This document shows positions 36,960 through 49,684 of a DNA stretch of 64,000 nt, piece by piece. The stretch is from the NCBI GenBank assembly GCA_026770705.1, contig JANJGN010000034.1, forward strand, positions 15,872,001-15,936,000. The letters are read 5' to 3'. The translations under genes and the position numbers were made by a program. The DNA is from Isurus oxyrinchus. Taxonomy: Eukaryota. The notes under the pieces were generated by a model. That model made no database searches and was not told the origin of the DNA. It saw only the letters and a list, made by a program, of their open reading frames with translations. Within the stretch, counting starts at the first letter, position 1. Every line of letters starts with the position of its first letter.

Positions 36960-37618
36960 CTGCAGGGATTTCAAATCAAGATTTAGTGGGAATCAAGTGA
37001 GGCAGCAACGAACGAGACACAGTTACTAACAACCTGGTATAAACAACAAACACCCACACAAACTGGCAGAACACAGCTAAGGGAAGGTTTACTGTACAGT
37101 GAAGGAGAGACAGAGAGCACACAAGTGAGAGAGAGAGAGAGACAGACAGACACAATTCCCCCTTTGAAAGTTCCTATTGAATCTGCTTCCACCGCTCTTT
37201 CAGGCAGCGCCTTCCAGATCACAACAACTCGGTGTCAAAAAAAAATTCTCATCTCTCCCTCTCGTCCCGATTCTCTTCAATCTGAGTCCCTCTGGTTACC
37301 GACCCTCCTGCCACTGGAAACAGTTTCTCCTCATTGACTCTATCCAAACCCCACATGATTCCGAACGCCTCGATTAAATCTCCCCCTTAACCTTCTCTGC
37401 TCTAAGAAGAACAATCCCAGCTTCTCCAGTCTCCCCACATGAACTGAAGTCCCCCATCCCTGGGAACATTCCAGTAAATCTCCCTCACACCCTCCCCAAG
37501 GCCTCGCCATCCCTCCTAAAGTGTAAGGCAGTCGGAATTGGACACAATTCTCCAGATGAGCTCCTTGTGTTTGTCTCTGTGGTGACTGTGTTGCTAAACC
37601 ATCCAGGTGAACACTTAC

Positions 37619-37756
37619 CTGCAGCACACCTCCTGGGGATCAATCCACAACGTAATCTCTTTGGGAAGTCTCAACTGGTTATATTCCAGCTCACAATCTT
37701 GACAAGCGAGCAACAAGAATGGGTCTGTTTTCTGTTTCCTGTTTATCCGAATGCAT
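37619..37756 (-). CDS. BTG3/BTG4-like protein, coding exon 2 (boxes A and B)
   Basis: 138 nt, phase 2-2; CIRINRKQKTDPFLLLACQDCELEYNQLRLPKEITLWIDPQEVCCR, containing the BTG/Tob box B LP.E.TLWIDP.EV. Confidence 0.95.
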
Positions 37757-37849
37757 CTACCAGGGAGAGAAAAAATATACTGAAGGATCCAAGAGGACAG
37801 ACATTAGACCATCCAGAACTCTACTGGCCCTTTTCCTAACTTGTGCCAA

Positions 37850-38500
37850 GTCCTGTTCACCCTTCACCCCGTCACTCACTGACATACATTAGCTCCCAGT
37901 CCGACAACACCTCCATTTTAAACATTCATCCTTGTTTTCAAAACTGTCCCCACAACCCTCCCTATCGCTGTAACCTCCTCCAGCCCCTACAACCCTCCCT
38001 ATCTCTGTAACCTCCTCCAGCCTCTACAACCCTCCCTATCTCTGTAACCTCCTCCAGCCCCTACAACCCTCCCTATCTCTGTAACCTCCTCCAGCCCCTA
38101 CAACCCTCCCTATCTCTGTAACCTCCTCCAGCCTCTACAACCCTCCCTATCTCTGTAACCTCCTCCAGCCCCTACAACCCTCTCTATCTCTGTAACCTCC
38201 TCCAGCCCTTGCAATCCTCCCTATCTCTGTAACCTCCTCCAGCCCCTACAACCCTCCCTATCTCTGTAACCTCCTCCAGCCCCTACAACCCTCCCTATCT
38301 CTGTAACCTCCTCCAGCCCCTACAAACCTCCCTATCTCTGTAACCTCTTCCAGCCCGACAACCCTCCAAAATCTCTGCGTTCCTCCAATTGCAGCCCCTT
38401 GAGCATCCCCCGATTTCCATCGCTCCACCATTGGTGGCCGTGCCTTCAGCTGCCTGGGGGCCCTAAGCTCTGGAATTCCCTCCCTAAACCTCTCCAACTC
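37850..38500 (-). repeat. 37-bp minisatellite and LINE-derived fragment, inverted relative to 35610-36500
   Basis: Tandem ccctatctctgtaacctcctccagcccctacaaccct. Confidence 0.9.
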
Positions 38501-38669
38501 TATCTTCCTGCCTTTCAGATGCCTCTAAAATTTCATTGTCTCAGCTTTAAGCGGTTCAGCCATTAGATGGCGCTGCTCGTCCAAATTTAAAAACTGAGCA
38601 GCCGCGCCACCAGGTGGGAGAAGGCCGGTATTGCAGGGACAACTTCGAGCAACTTTCAAAGCAAGGACA

Positions 38670-39205
38670 TTCAATGAACTCTCTCCTCCATCCCCACCGC
38701 CTTTCTGATCCCCCTTTTTTCCAATAATTTATATAGATTTTTCTTTTCCCACCTATTTCCATTATTTTTAAATGTATTTCCATCAATTGTTTTATCTCTA
38801 CCTTCAAGCCTATTACGATCCCTTCCCCCCACCCCACCCCCACTAGGGCTATCTGTACCTTGCTCGTCCTGTTTTCTACCCTTAATGTCCCCATTAGCAC
38901 ATTTCTTAGCTAATATCACCACCGTCAACACCTCTTTGTCCTTTTGTCTGTGACATCTTTTGGCTATCTCCACCTTATCACTGGCTCTCAATCCAGCTCT
39001 ACCTGTCCCCCCCCCCCCACCCCCCACCCCTTAAACCAGTTTATATTTCACCTCTTTTCTATTTTTGCTTAGCTCTGTTGAAGAGTCATATGAACTCGAA
39101 AAGTTAACTGTTTTCCTCTCTGCAGACGCTGTCAGACCTGCTGAGTTTTTCCAGCTATTTTTGTTTTTATTTTGGATTTCCAGCATCTGCAGTTTTTTCT
39201 GCTTT
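38670..39205 (+). mobile_element. Penelope-like 3' terminal fragment
   Basis: Reverse complement of the 3' UTR and terminus at 13638-14130. Confidence 0.75.
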
Positions 39206-40180
39206 TTTTTCCAAAACAAAGACTTGGCATTTCTCTGGCGCCTTCACCACCCCAGGATGTCCCAAAACCTTTCACAGCCAATGAAATACTTCTTCAAAAG
39301 TATGTTCACTGTTGTGATGTCGGAAACGTGGTGGCCAGTTTGTGCACAGCAAGCTCCCACAAACATAACCCAGATAATAACCCAGATCATCTGTTTTTTT
39401 TTTAGTAATGTTGGTCGAGGGGGTAAATATTGGCCCCAGGACACCGGGGAGACCCTGCTCTTCTTCCAAATAGTGGCCGTGGGATTGTTTACACCCACCA
39501 AGGAGGCAGACGGGAACTTTGGTTAAAAGTTTCACCTGAAGCCCAGCATCTCCTTTGGCACCAACTCTCTGACAGTGTGCCTCCCCCCACCTCAGCATCG
39601 ACCCTCCGACAACTCAGTGCCCCCTCACCCTCCTTCTCCGACAGCGCGGCACCCCCTCAGCACTGGCTCTGTGGAGTGTTGGCCTGGATTATGGGGCTGA
39701 AGTCTTTGGAGTGGAGACTCAAACCCAGGACTTGTCATCTTGTTGAGGTTCCATCTGCTCTCGCAAGTGGATGGACAATGTCTCACAGCGCAATGAGAGG
39801 AATAGTGAGAAGGGCCCCCCCTGGCGTGCTGTCCAATATTTTATGCTCCTTCAGGGGGGAGCTGGATAAACACATGGGGGTGGGGGTAAGGAATAGAACA
39901 ATAGAAAGTTACAGCACAGGAGGAGGCCTTTTGGCCCTTCTTGTCCATGCCAGCCTGAGGACACCCAGGTGCCCTTTCTCATCCCACCTTCCTGCACCCG
40001 GCCTATAGCCTTGCAGCTTACAGCACTTTAGGTGCAGATGGTGATGGGGTGAGATGAACAGGGGGTGGGAGGAGGCTCGTGTGGAGCAGAAACACTGGCA
40101 TGGAGCAGATGGGCTGAATGGCCTCTTTCTGTGCTGTAATATCCTAACCATTGTACTAGGCGGCTCTGCCGATTAGTTAC

Positions 40181-40353
40181 CTGTATGCTTGTCCTTTGCT
40201 GGGATTGGCTGGGTACCAGTGATTCTGGTATTTTCGGTACAGTACCGCAGTGAGCTTCTCCCCGAACTCCTCGATCTTTTCCTGGTGTAGCTGGCTGCGT
40301 CTTCTGACCAAACTGACCAGGAAGACCACTCCGGCACTGATCTCGTCCTTCAT
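40181..40353 (-). CDS. BTG3/BTG4-like protein, coding exon 1
   Basis: ATG at 40353; MKDEISAGVVFLVSLVRRRSQLHQEKIEEFGEKLTAVLYRKYQNHWYPANPSKGQAY(R)|gtaact. 173 coding nt with the acceptor at 40368; full protein 240 aa. Orthology (BTG3 versus BTG4) is unresolved. Confidence 0.95.
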
Positions 40354-43300
40354 CGTCTCCTGGTGTATCTGCGGAGGAAGGTGGGGATGTTTAGAAATTA
40401 ACCTGTTCAGAGTATGTTACAGTCGGGGATGTTGGGGTTGGGTGGGGGAGGGGTGGGGAGAAGGGTGATGGAATATAGAAATCATGGTCTGGCTGCTGGA
40501 ATGACCCCTTTGTGTCAACGATATCCCACCCCCCATCACCAGCAACTCTTTTACCTGCCCTCCCGCAATAGTGATGGCTGGCGAGCTATTTGACTGTGGT
40601 AGGCATTGCTGACAAGACCCTTCTGGAACACGCACCTGGATACAGACAGACTGTTTCCTCTTGTGTGTGGGGGAGACCAGAACTAGGGGCCATCAATATA
40701 ACATCGTCACTAATAAATCCAATGGGGAATTCAGGAGAAACCTCTTTACCCAGAGAGTGGGGGAGAATGTGGAACTCGCTCCCACAGGGAGTGGTGGAGG
40801 TGAATAGTGTCGATGTATTTAAAGGGGGAAGCTGGATAAACACATGAGGGTGAAAGGAACAGAAGGACATGGGGATGGGGTGAGAGAGATGGAGAGGGGG
40901 TTTGGGAGGAGGCTGGTGTGGAGCAGATGGGCAGAATGGCCTGCTGTCTATCCGGTGAAGAACTCACATTTCTGTAACACCTTTAACCACTGCAAGATAG
41001 CCCAAAGAGCCTCACAGCCAAATGACTCCCTTCCATTTATGAAGTGGGGGGGGGGGGGGGGGGGGGGGGTCACCATCGTAATGGTGGGGGGGGGGGGGGG
41101 GGGAGAGAAGCAAAAGCCAATTTGCGCACAGCAAGATCCCACAAAGGACAATGCGATTGTGACCCAGATCCGATTTTTATTTAACAGTGATATTAATTGG
41201 GGGGTGGGGGGGGTTGGTGTGAATATTAGCCCCGCAACATTAAAATGGAAAACGTTAAGAAGATAAACGGGAGGACATGGAGACAGGGACAAGGAGTCAG
41301 TCCTTACTCCAGCTGGTGTTCATAGTCACAGGGCAGGAGAAGGACATCCCTCTCTCGGACAAGGACACTTTGCATTCAATGTTCGAGGGGTAAAACAGTA
41401 AAGTGAGAGTCAATCTCACATCCAAATTGCACTGAAGTCTTGCCACCCTTCCAGATTTTTTTTTTTAAAAAAAACTGCCCTCAGGCGAAACAGCTCATTT
41501 TTGTGAACATCTTGTTTCGTTTCTAACTGCGGTGGATGCAGAGACACAACCTCCACGGAAACCCTGTCGGCCCGGCAAAGTGAGTCAGTGTCTCAGTCGG
41601 CCGCTCACTCGCTTCTGACTGGCAGGGTCGTGGGCACAAGACCCCAGCACAAAGACCAGGAGCTCCCAATCCAGACTGAACCTCGGCCCAATGGGGGCAT
41701 CCGATATCCCACGGCCACTATTTGGAAGTAGGGTGGTGGGAGGGGGGGGTGGAGGGAGTGGGGTTGGGGTGGGGGGGGAGTGAGTTCTCCCCGTGGTTCT
41801 GGGGGCCAATATTTATCCCTTAAACAACATCATTTGAAAAAAAAAACCCAGAGTCATTATCACATTGCTGTTTGTGGGATCTTGCTGTGCGTAAATTGCG
41901 TGCGCCGCGTTTCCTACATCACAACAGTGAGCTCGCACACAAATTAAAAAAAAAAGTCTGTGGAAGGCTTTGGGACGTCCTGAGGTTGTAGGGGGGGGGC
42001 GGTGGGAGCGCTACTTCCCCTGAGTAACTCTGGTGCCACTGTCCACATCAAACATCCTCCCCCAGTGTCCATTACAGGCCCCCCCCCCCCCCCCCCACAC
42101 ACACACAGAAACCACAGCTACCCTCAGCCTTCATGCCACATGGGGGCATTTTTGTTTTTTTGCAATTGCAGGGCGGCGCTAGCACTTCCTTGAGGGGCTC
42201 GAGTAAAAGAAGACCAAATCTCTCCTGTTCCTCTCTGGGAGAAAATAACTCCAAAAACTACAGCATCAAATGGANNNNNNNNNNNNNNNNNNNNNNNNNN
42301 NNNNNNNNNNNNNNNNNNNNNNNNNNNNNNNNNNNNNNNNNNNNNNNNNNNNNNNNNNNNNNNNNNNNNNNNNNNNNNNNNNNNNNNNNNNNNNNNNNNN
42401 NNNNNNNNNNNNNNNNNNNNNNNACACAAACACACACGCTCTCTCTCTCACACACACACACACACTCTCCTGGACTCAAAATTCCCCAAACACGCCAAAA
42501 TATCTAACTTTCATTTCTAACTCTTCAAACCGCCCCCCCCCCCCCTCCTCCCTCCCCCACCACCACCACCCACCACCCACCAGCACTGGCAGCAACCCAG
42601 CCACCCCGAGTGATCCCGAATGAATGAATCAATCATTCTTACAAACTACAAGCAACACAATATAAGCCTCAAGACTGGAAACCGAGTCCACGTGTTCAGC
42701 TAAGGGGCCATCTCAAAAATGTCACCTTTTCCAAAAAAAAAAATAAGTGGGGAGGAACTGAACCATAAACTGTGCCTGCACGAAACCCACTCCCCGACTT
42801 ACAGAAAGTATATCATTCCTCTAAGGCGGCCACCAATTCTGCTTGTCTCCCCCCCCCCACACCCCCACCTCCCTCCCTCCACCACCACCCCCCCCCCCCC
42901 CAACCCCTCTCCTGTAGACAGTGCCGATTGTTCGATGGTCCCTAAAATCAACCTGTGGCGGCAGAGACAGAGAGTTTGTATTCAGCGTTGGGACACAGCA
43001 CATTAAACCGCGTTGTCAGTGGTGCTGTCTCGAAACGTTAACTCCTCTCTCTCTCCTCTCTCCTCTCTCTCCTCTCTCTCTCCCCACGGATGCGTTCAGA
43101 CCTGCTGGATTTTCCCCAGCTATTTTCTCGTGTGCCGCTCCAAGTTCAGTTTGGAAGGAAAAAAAATGATCGTGGCACCTTCCATCAACAGGCACAGCTT
43201 TAAAAAACCTCACCAACTAACTCTGGAAAAACTTATTTTCTCCCGCAACACGGTTAAAAAAAGAGAGACTTACAGATGTAAGTAACCAGGTTACTTTCCA

Positions 43301-43445
43301 TTTTGATAGCCAATTGCAAAACCAACAAATTCTCTGGCAGGAAAAAGTTAAACACCAACTTCTGAAAAACTATTCTAAACTTTTTTCCTGTTGTTTTATT
43401 CACTTAAAAAAAAAATATATATAATATATTTAAATCTCTACTCAC

Positions 43446-43770
43446 CAGAGCTGCTTTCGCCTCCTCGATTCACGACTAGACTTCCAAATGTGGCTGCAAA
43501 ACGTGCGAGGGGTGAATGAGGGATTTTGTCGAAGTGCCTTCACTCGTTACCAGAAAGTTACATCAAGGAAGATGATTCAATCTGTGTCACCAGCCGACGA
43601 GAGGACGTCCCTTTCTACTCCACGTCACTGACCATATAAGGCATGAGCTTCCGTCGGCCGCGCCCCGCCCACTTCTTAAAGGCGCCTTCGCCACTGTTCG
43701 GCAGCGAGAAAATAAGTGAAGGCGGGACAGGCATTGTCGCCGCCAGAGGGCGTCCCACCGCGCTTTATAG
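43446..43770 (-). promoter_or_regulatory. Non-coding first exon and CpG-rich promoter of the BTG-like gene
   Basis: Donor ctg|gtgagt at 43446/43445; CRE-like cacgtca (43621-43627); CArG box ccatataagg (43632-43641); GC box ccccgccc (about 43663); E2F-like ggcggga (about 43721); high CpG density. Confidence 0.7.
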
Positions 43771-44054
43771 CCAAACAATGAAGGACTTGAATTTCTGAAC
43801 TCTGCTCACTGTTGCAATGCAGGGAAGCTGGTGGCCAATTTGCTTGCACACAGCAAGATCCTTCATCAATCTGAGGATAACCCAGGTCATCAGTTTCTTT
43901 TTAGTGGTTTTGGTTCCAGGACATGGGGATAACTCCCCCCCCCCCCCCACCTCCCCACTCTTCTTTAACATAGTGCCCATGGGATCTTTTACACCCACCT
44001 GAGATGGCAGACGGGGCCCAGTTTTAATGTCTCATCTGAAAGATGGCACCTCAG

Positions 44055-44395
44055 GCAGTGCAGCACTCCCTCAGTACTGACCCTCCGACCGTGCAGCACT
44101 CCCTCAGTACTGACCATCCAACAGTGCAGCACTCCCTCAGTACTGACCCTCTGACAGTAGAGCACTCCATCAGTACTGACCCTCCGACAATGCAGCACTC
44201 CCTCAGTACTGACCCTCTGACAGTGCAGCACTCCCTCAGTACTGATCCTCTGACAGTGCAGCACTCCCTCAGTACTGCCCATCTGAAAGTGCAGCACTCC
44301 CTCAGTACTGACCCTCTGACAGTGCAGCACTCCCTCAGTACTGACCCTCTGACGGTGCAGCACTCCCTCAGTACTGACCCTCTGACGGTGCAGAC
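44055..44395 (+). repeat. 33-bp SINE-derived minisatellite (about 10 copies)
   Basis: Tandem gtgcagcactccctcagtactgaccctctgaca embedded in a SINE-like body. Confidence 0.85.
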
Positions 44396-44524
44396 TCCGT
44401 CATACATTGACACACCCTCGGTTCTGGCAGTGGAGCGTTGGCTTTGACTTTTGTACTCAAGCCTCTGGGGTGGGACTTTAAACCTACAATCATCTGATTC
44501 AGAGATGAGATGTTAGCTGCAGAT

Positions 44525-45115
44525 CCACAGCTGGCATACTTCAGCCTATATAAAGTCCTGGCTAGACCACACCTGGGAGTCACTGTGAGACATTCTGGGC
44601 CCCTCACCTTAGGAAGGATGTACTGACCTCGGAGAGAGCGCAGTGTCGATTTACCAGAATGAGACCAGGACTCCGAGGGTTAAATTACGAGGAGAGATTA
44701 AACACAAACTCGGCTTGTATTACCTGGAAGTTAGAGGGTTAAGGGGGGGATTTTATCAAAGTTTTGAGATATTAAGGGGAACAGATCGGGGTCGATAGAG
44801 AGAAACTATTTCCCCTGGTTGGGGGGAGTCTGGGATTTGGGGGCAGAGTCTAAAAATGAGAGGCCGACCTTTCAGGAGTGAAATTAGGAAACATTTCTAC
44901 ACACAAAGGGTGGGGGAAGTTTGGAACTCCCTTCCACAAATGATGCTGGATCAAATTGTTAGTTATGAACCTGACACTAATAGGTTTTTGTGAAGAAAAG
45001 ATATTAAAGGATGGGGGCCAAAGGCGGTTTCTACAGAGTTAGGTCACAGATCAGCCATGATCTCATTGAATGGCGGAGCAGGCTTGAGGGGCTGAATGGC
45101 CTCCTGCTGTTCTGA
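44525..45115 (+). mobile_element. CR1-type LINE 3' fragment
   Basis: LYKVLARPHL..FW.PHL.KD motif and the CR1 3' end gggctgaatggcct. Confidence 0.75.
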
Positions 45116-45494
45116 CAGTTGCTAAGGAGGGATTTTAGGCTTAGCTGTCAATAGGAAGCCTGCAGGCCCGGATCCAAAGGGAAGAGGGGGAGGAGTCGGT
45201 GTGTGTGTCGAGGGGTTGGGGGAAATCTGAGCTGCGGGGGGGGGGGGGGGGGGGGGGGGGGGGTGGGGGGTGGGGGGGGGTGGCTGCTGTGTGGGCGGAT
45301 TTAGTTGATGAGGGGATCTTTGAGAAACAGGGCTTTTCTCTCTCCAGGACTCGGAATCTCCTGCAACCCTGGACTAGGAAGTGAAATTGGGAATTGGCTG
45401 TGGTGCTGCTGCCTGGCCTAGTCAATCACTGAGGGTGAACTGGAATCTCTCACAGTCACCAGCCATCAGATTTCTCTGAGTTTTGTTTCTTCCT

Positions 45495-46315
45495 ACAACA
45501 TCCAGGCTTGGGCTGACCTGTGGCAAGTAACATTCGTGCCACACAAGTGCCAGGCAACCACCATCTCCAACAAGAGAGAGAATTGAACCATCTTCCTTTG
45601 ACATTCAATGGCATCACCATCACTGAATTCCCCCACGATCAGCACCCCAGGGGTTACCATTGATCAGAAACTGAACTGGACCCAGCCATATAAATACTGT
45701 GGCTACAAGAGCAGGTCAGAGGCTGGGAATCCTGCGGCGAGTCACTCACCTCCTGATTCCCCAAAGTTTGTCCACTGTCCACAAGGCACAAGTCAGGAGT
45801 GTGATGGAATACTCCCCACTTGCCTGGATGAGTGCAGCTCCCACAACACTCAAGAAGCTCGACACCATCCAGGACAAAGCAGCCCCGCTTGATTGACACC
45901 CCATCCACAAACATTCACTCCCTCCACCACCGACGCACAGTAGCAGCAGTGTGTGTACCATCTACAAGATGCACTGCAGGAATTCACCAAGGCTCCTTAG
46001 ACAGCACCTTCAAAACTACGGCCACTACCATCTAGAAGGACAAGGGCAGCAGACACATGGGAACACCTCCACCTGGAAGTTCCCCTCCAAGTCACTCACC
46101 ATCCTGACTTGGAAATATATCGGCCGTTCCTTCACTGTCGCTGGGTCAAAATCCTGGAGCTCCCTCTCTAACAGCACTGTGGGTGTACCTACACCGCATG
46201 GACTGCAGCGATTCAAGGAGGCAGCTCACCCACCACCTTCTCAAGGGGCAATTAGGGATGGGCAATAAATGATGGCCCAGCCAACAAAGCCCACGTCCCG
46301 TGAAAGAATAAAAGA
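45495..46315 (+). mobile_element. CR1/L2-group LINE 3' fragment
   Basis: KAQVRSVMEYSPLAWMSAAPTTLKKLDTIQDKA; same family as the fragments at about 29500 and 32440. Confidence 0.75.
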
Positions 46316-47736
46316 TACAGTGGGAAACATGTGAAGAGGGATCTCTGTAGTGTGTATCCCTTTACCATGCTGCGTTAACTCCACATTACTACACAGGGCA
46401 ACTATCCCTGCAGGATTTCCCCTGCTTGATTGACACTCTGTAATTGCAAAGATACCGTCAGTACCCATGCTCTCATGACTGGAGGGCCCTTTGGAACTCA
46501 ACCCCTTGAAGGATTAGCAGCCTCAGGAGAGGAGGGCAGAGCAATAATTCTGGGAAAAGAGGCTTCACCCCTTTTCTCTGCTGGACAAAGTTGACACTGT
46601 GGAGGTGACTGGCAGGGGCGGGGGGGCTGGGTGTTGGTTGAAGAGTTAATCTGCAACACTGGGCGCTGAAAATCTCTGAAAGCCTGTCGTGGGACTGGTG
46701 GCAGGGTTAACCCCTACCGATTCCCATCGCTCCGCCATTGGCGGCCGTGCCTTCATCTCTGGAGTTCCCTCCCTAAATCTCTCCATCTCTCTCTCTCTGT
46801 CTCTCTCTCTCCTCTCCTTTAAGATGCTCCTTAAACACCAGCCTCTGTGACGGATCTTTGGATCTCCTGTCCCTAATGTCCCCTTATGTGTCTCGGGGGT
46901 CAAATTCTGTCTGATAATTGCTCTCGTGAATTGCTATCTACATACCAACATACGAATGAGGAGCAGAAGTAGGCCATTCGGCCCCTCGAGCCTACTCTGT
47001 CACTCAATAAGATCGTGGCTGATCTGATTGTGGCCTCAACTCCACATTCCTGCCCACCCCTTGAATACCTTTGACTCCCCTTTTTGGTCAAGAACATATC
47101 TACCTCCTGCCTTCAATATATCCAATGACCGGGCCTCCACCATTCCAAATTCCAGAATTCCAGAGACACACGACCCTCTGAGGGGAAAACAAATCTCTTC
47201 GCGACTGTCTTAAGTGGGAGACTCCTTATTTTCAACCCTGCGTCGCCCAGTTCTAGGTTCCCTCACCCTGTCACGTCTGCTCCTCTCCCTGCTCAGGATC
47301 TAATCTGTCTCAATAAGATCACCTCTCGTTCTTCTAAACTCCAGCGGATACTGGCCCAGCCTGTCCAAACTTCCCTCATAGGCCAAACCCCCTCATCCCA
47401 GGCACCAGTCGTGCTGTCTAAATTCAAGTTGTTGTTGCTTGCCACGGCTTAGTTCCTGTCTGTTGGTGCAGCCGTGCGTGGAAATTCCGGAACATTCCAG
47501 TGACAGATTGATGAAGGAGGAAGTACGGGAAAACCACCCGAGTGAAAGTCCCTGTTGATGAACGAGACTCTGATCAAATGCCTGAGGAATTAACATAGTG
47601 TCGACAAACCCTTGGCTCATAATCCATTAACTCTTCCAGTTCAAACACTTTTTAAGCCTGGATTGTAAAAACATTATGTAGTCATTAGAAGTGAGGACTG
47701 TTGCTGCGAGGAAATTAATTGTACTTCCATTTCAGG

Positions 47737-48215
47737 CACCCATCAAACACTCCCAGGACAGGTACAGCACGGGGTTAGATACAGAGTAAAGCTCCCTCTA
47801 CACTGTCCCCATCAAACACTCCCAGGACAGGTACAGCATGGAGTTAAATACACAGTAAAGCTCCCTCTGCACCGCCCCCATCAAACACTCCCAGGACAGG
47901 TACAGCACGGGGTTAGATACACAGTAAAGCTCCCTCTACACTGTCCCCATCAAACACTCCCAGGACAGGTACAGCACGGGGTTAGATACACAGTAAAGCT
48001 CCCTCTACACTGTCCCCATCAAACACTCCCAGGCCAGGTACAGCACGGGGATAGATACAGAGTAAAGCTCCCTCTACACTGTCCCCATCAAACACTCCCA
48101 GGACAGGTACAGCACGGGGTTAGATACAGAGTAAAGCTCCCTCTACACTGTCGCCATCAAACACTCCCAGGCCAGGTACAGCACGGGGTTAGATACAGAG
48201 TAAAGCTCTCTCCGT
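47737..48215 (+). repeat. 69-bp minisatellite (about 7 copies)
   Basis: Unit ccccatcaaacactcccaggacaggtacagcacggggttagatacagagtaaagctccctctacactgt. Confidence 0.9.
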
Positions 48216-48733
48216 GCTGTCCCTCTGATGTTGCCGAGCTCCCTAAGTCTTAACAGTGGAACTTTGGCCCTGGGTTATGGGGCCCAGGTCTCAGGAGTGC
48301 GAATTGAACCCATGATCTGACTGAGAGGCAAGACAGAGAATCCGAAAGGGAGATGGAAGTTCCCTGTTTGAGTAACAATGGGCCGAGCTGAGGCAGGGGC
48401 CATTCTTTCATGACCTCACAATGGAGGCCATGCCTTTTGGAGGGCCCGACCTATTGCCCTGGAGACCCCTGGGGTCAGAGAAGGTCACCGCTCGATGATC
48501 CCAAGCCACCGGGATTCCTCAAGAGCGTGGCCCAGAAGATTCAGATCCACCCTCGATTCGGATGGACTGACTCGTTCATGACTGGGGAGGCTCCTTGCTG
48601 AATCGGACCCCAAAGGACTGACTGACTGATCCCCCTGCCTTGGACCCACGCACTCCAGCCCCCTTGACATTCTCGCAGCACCCCCCCCACACCCACACCC
48701 ACCACCCTCCCATCCCCCTGCCCATTCTGGGCC

Positions 48734-48947
48734 ATGTGGAGCTGGCCAGTGAACCCCCTGAAGTTGGTGCTGGGTATCGTGGCCTACGGGGCCCTGTGTT
48801 ACTGGCAGTGGATGCGGCTGTACTCGGACAGGAAGCCGGGGAAGACGCGAGTGGCTCCCTGGGCCCTCAGGGAGGGACTGGTCAAGGTGCTGGAAGAGGA
48901 CGAGAGGCACACCGTCTACGTCTGTAAGACCTGCAGCCAAGTACCGG
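48734..48947 (+). CDS. Candidate first coding exon of an unidentified protein with an N-terminal hydrophobic anchor
   Basis: gccATG context and GC3-rich codons; MWSWPVNPLKLVLGIVAYGALCYWQWMRLYSDRKPGKTRVAPWALREGLVKVLEEDERHTVYVCKTCSQVP; donor cgg|gtgcgg (phase 1). Confidence 0.45.
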
Positions 48948-49684
48948 GTGCGGAGAAACAGAGATAGAGAGGAAGGCAGCAAGACGAAGGGACAAGAGAG
49001 ATAGAGGGAATGAGAGAAAGAAAGCGAGAAGCAGAGCAGAGAAAGTGAATGAGGCAACCTAAAAATGAGACAAAGGAAGAGGTTCAGAGAGAAATGGGAA
49101 ACCTGAGGAAGACCCACTTGCATTTTTCTAGCGCCTATCTTGACCTCAGCCAATGAAGGACGTTTTTTTCTTTGAAGTGTGGCCGCCTTTGTAATGTAGG
49201 AAATGCGGCAGCCAATTTGCGCACAGCAAGATCCCAGAAACAGCAACGTGATAATGGCCCAGATCAGTGATGTTGGCTGGGGGATAAATATTGGGCCCAG
49301 ACCCCTAGGGAGAACGCACCCCCTCCTCATGTTACCCCCCCTGCCACCCCCCCCCCACCCAACCCCAACCCCAACCCCAACCCCAACCCCAACCAACCCC
49401 CGACCTGATCTTCTTCCAAAAAGCGACCTCAACTAACGTCATTGAGGAAAGAACGGTTGACCTGGGACATTTTCGCATTGCTGTTTGTGGGAGCTTGCTG
49501 TGCACAAGTTGGCATATTGCCGTGCTTCCTCCATTACAACAGTCACCCAAAGAAAACAGTCGTTCCTTGGCTGTGAAACGCTTTGGGGCGTCCTGAGGTG
49601 GGGAAAGGCGCTAGGTAAATGCAGGCTCTTTCTTCCCTTTCCCTCAGAACTGTAACCTTGAAATGTTGGTGTTGTGTCTTCCAG

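Noticed and set aside
41308-41390. Extra 5' exon of the BTG-like gene (donor gga|gtaagg)
   Set aside because: No clear acceptor was found and its ATG frame is out of frame with the BTG start; at most a UTR exon.
43770-48400. miR-34b/c cluster expected head-to-head with BTG4
   Set aside because: No mature miR-34 sequence in a hairpin was seen; the tggcagtg match at about 44425 lies in SINE sequence.
48485-49432. 315-aa minus-strand ORF
   Set aside because: It runs through simple repeats and SINE sequence and is the antisense shadow of the GC-rich + strand candidate exon.
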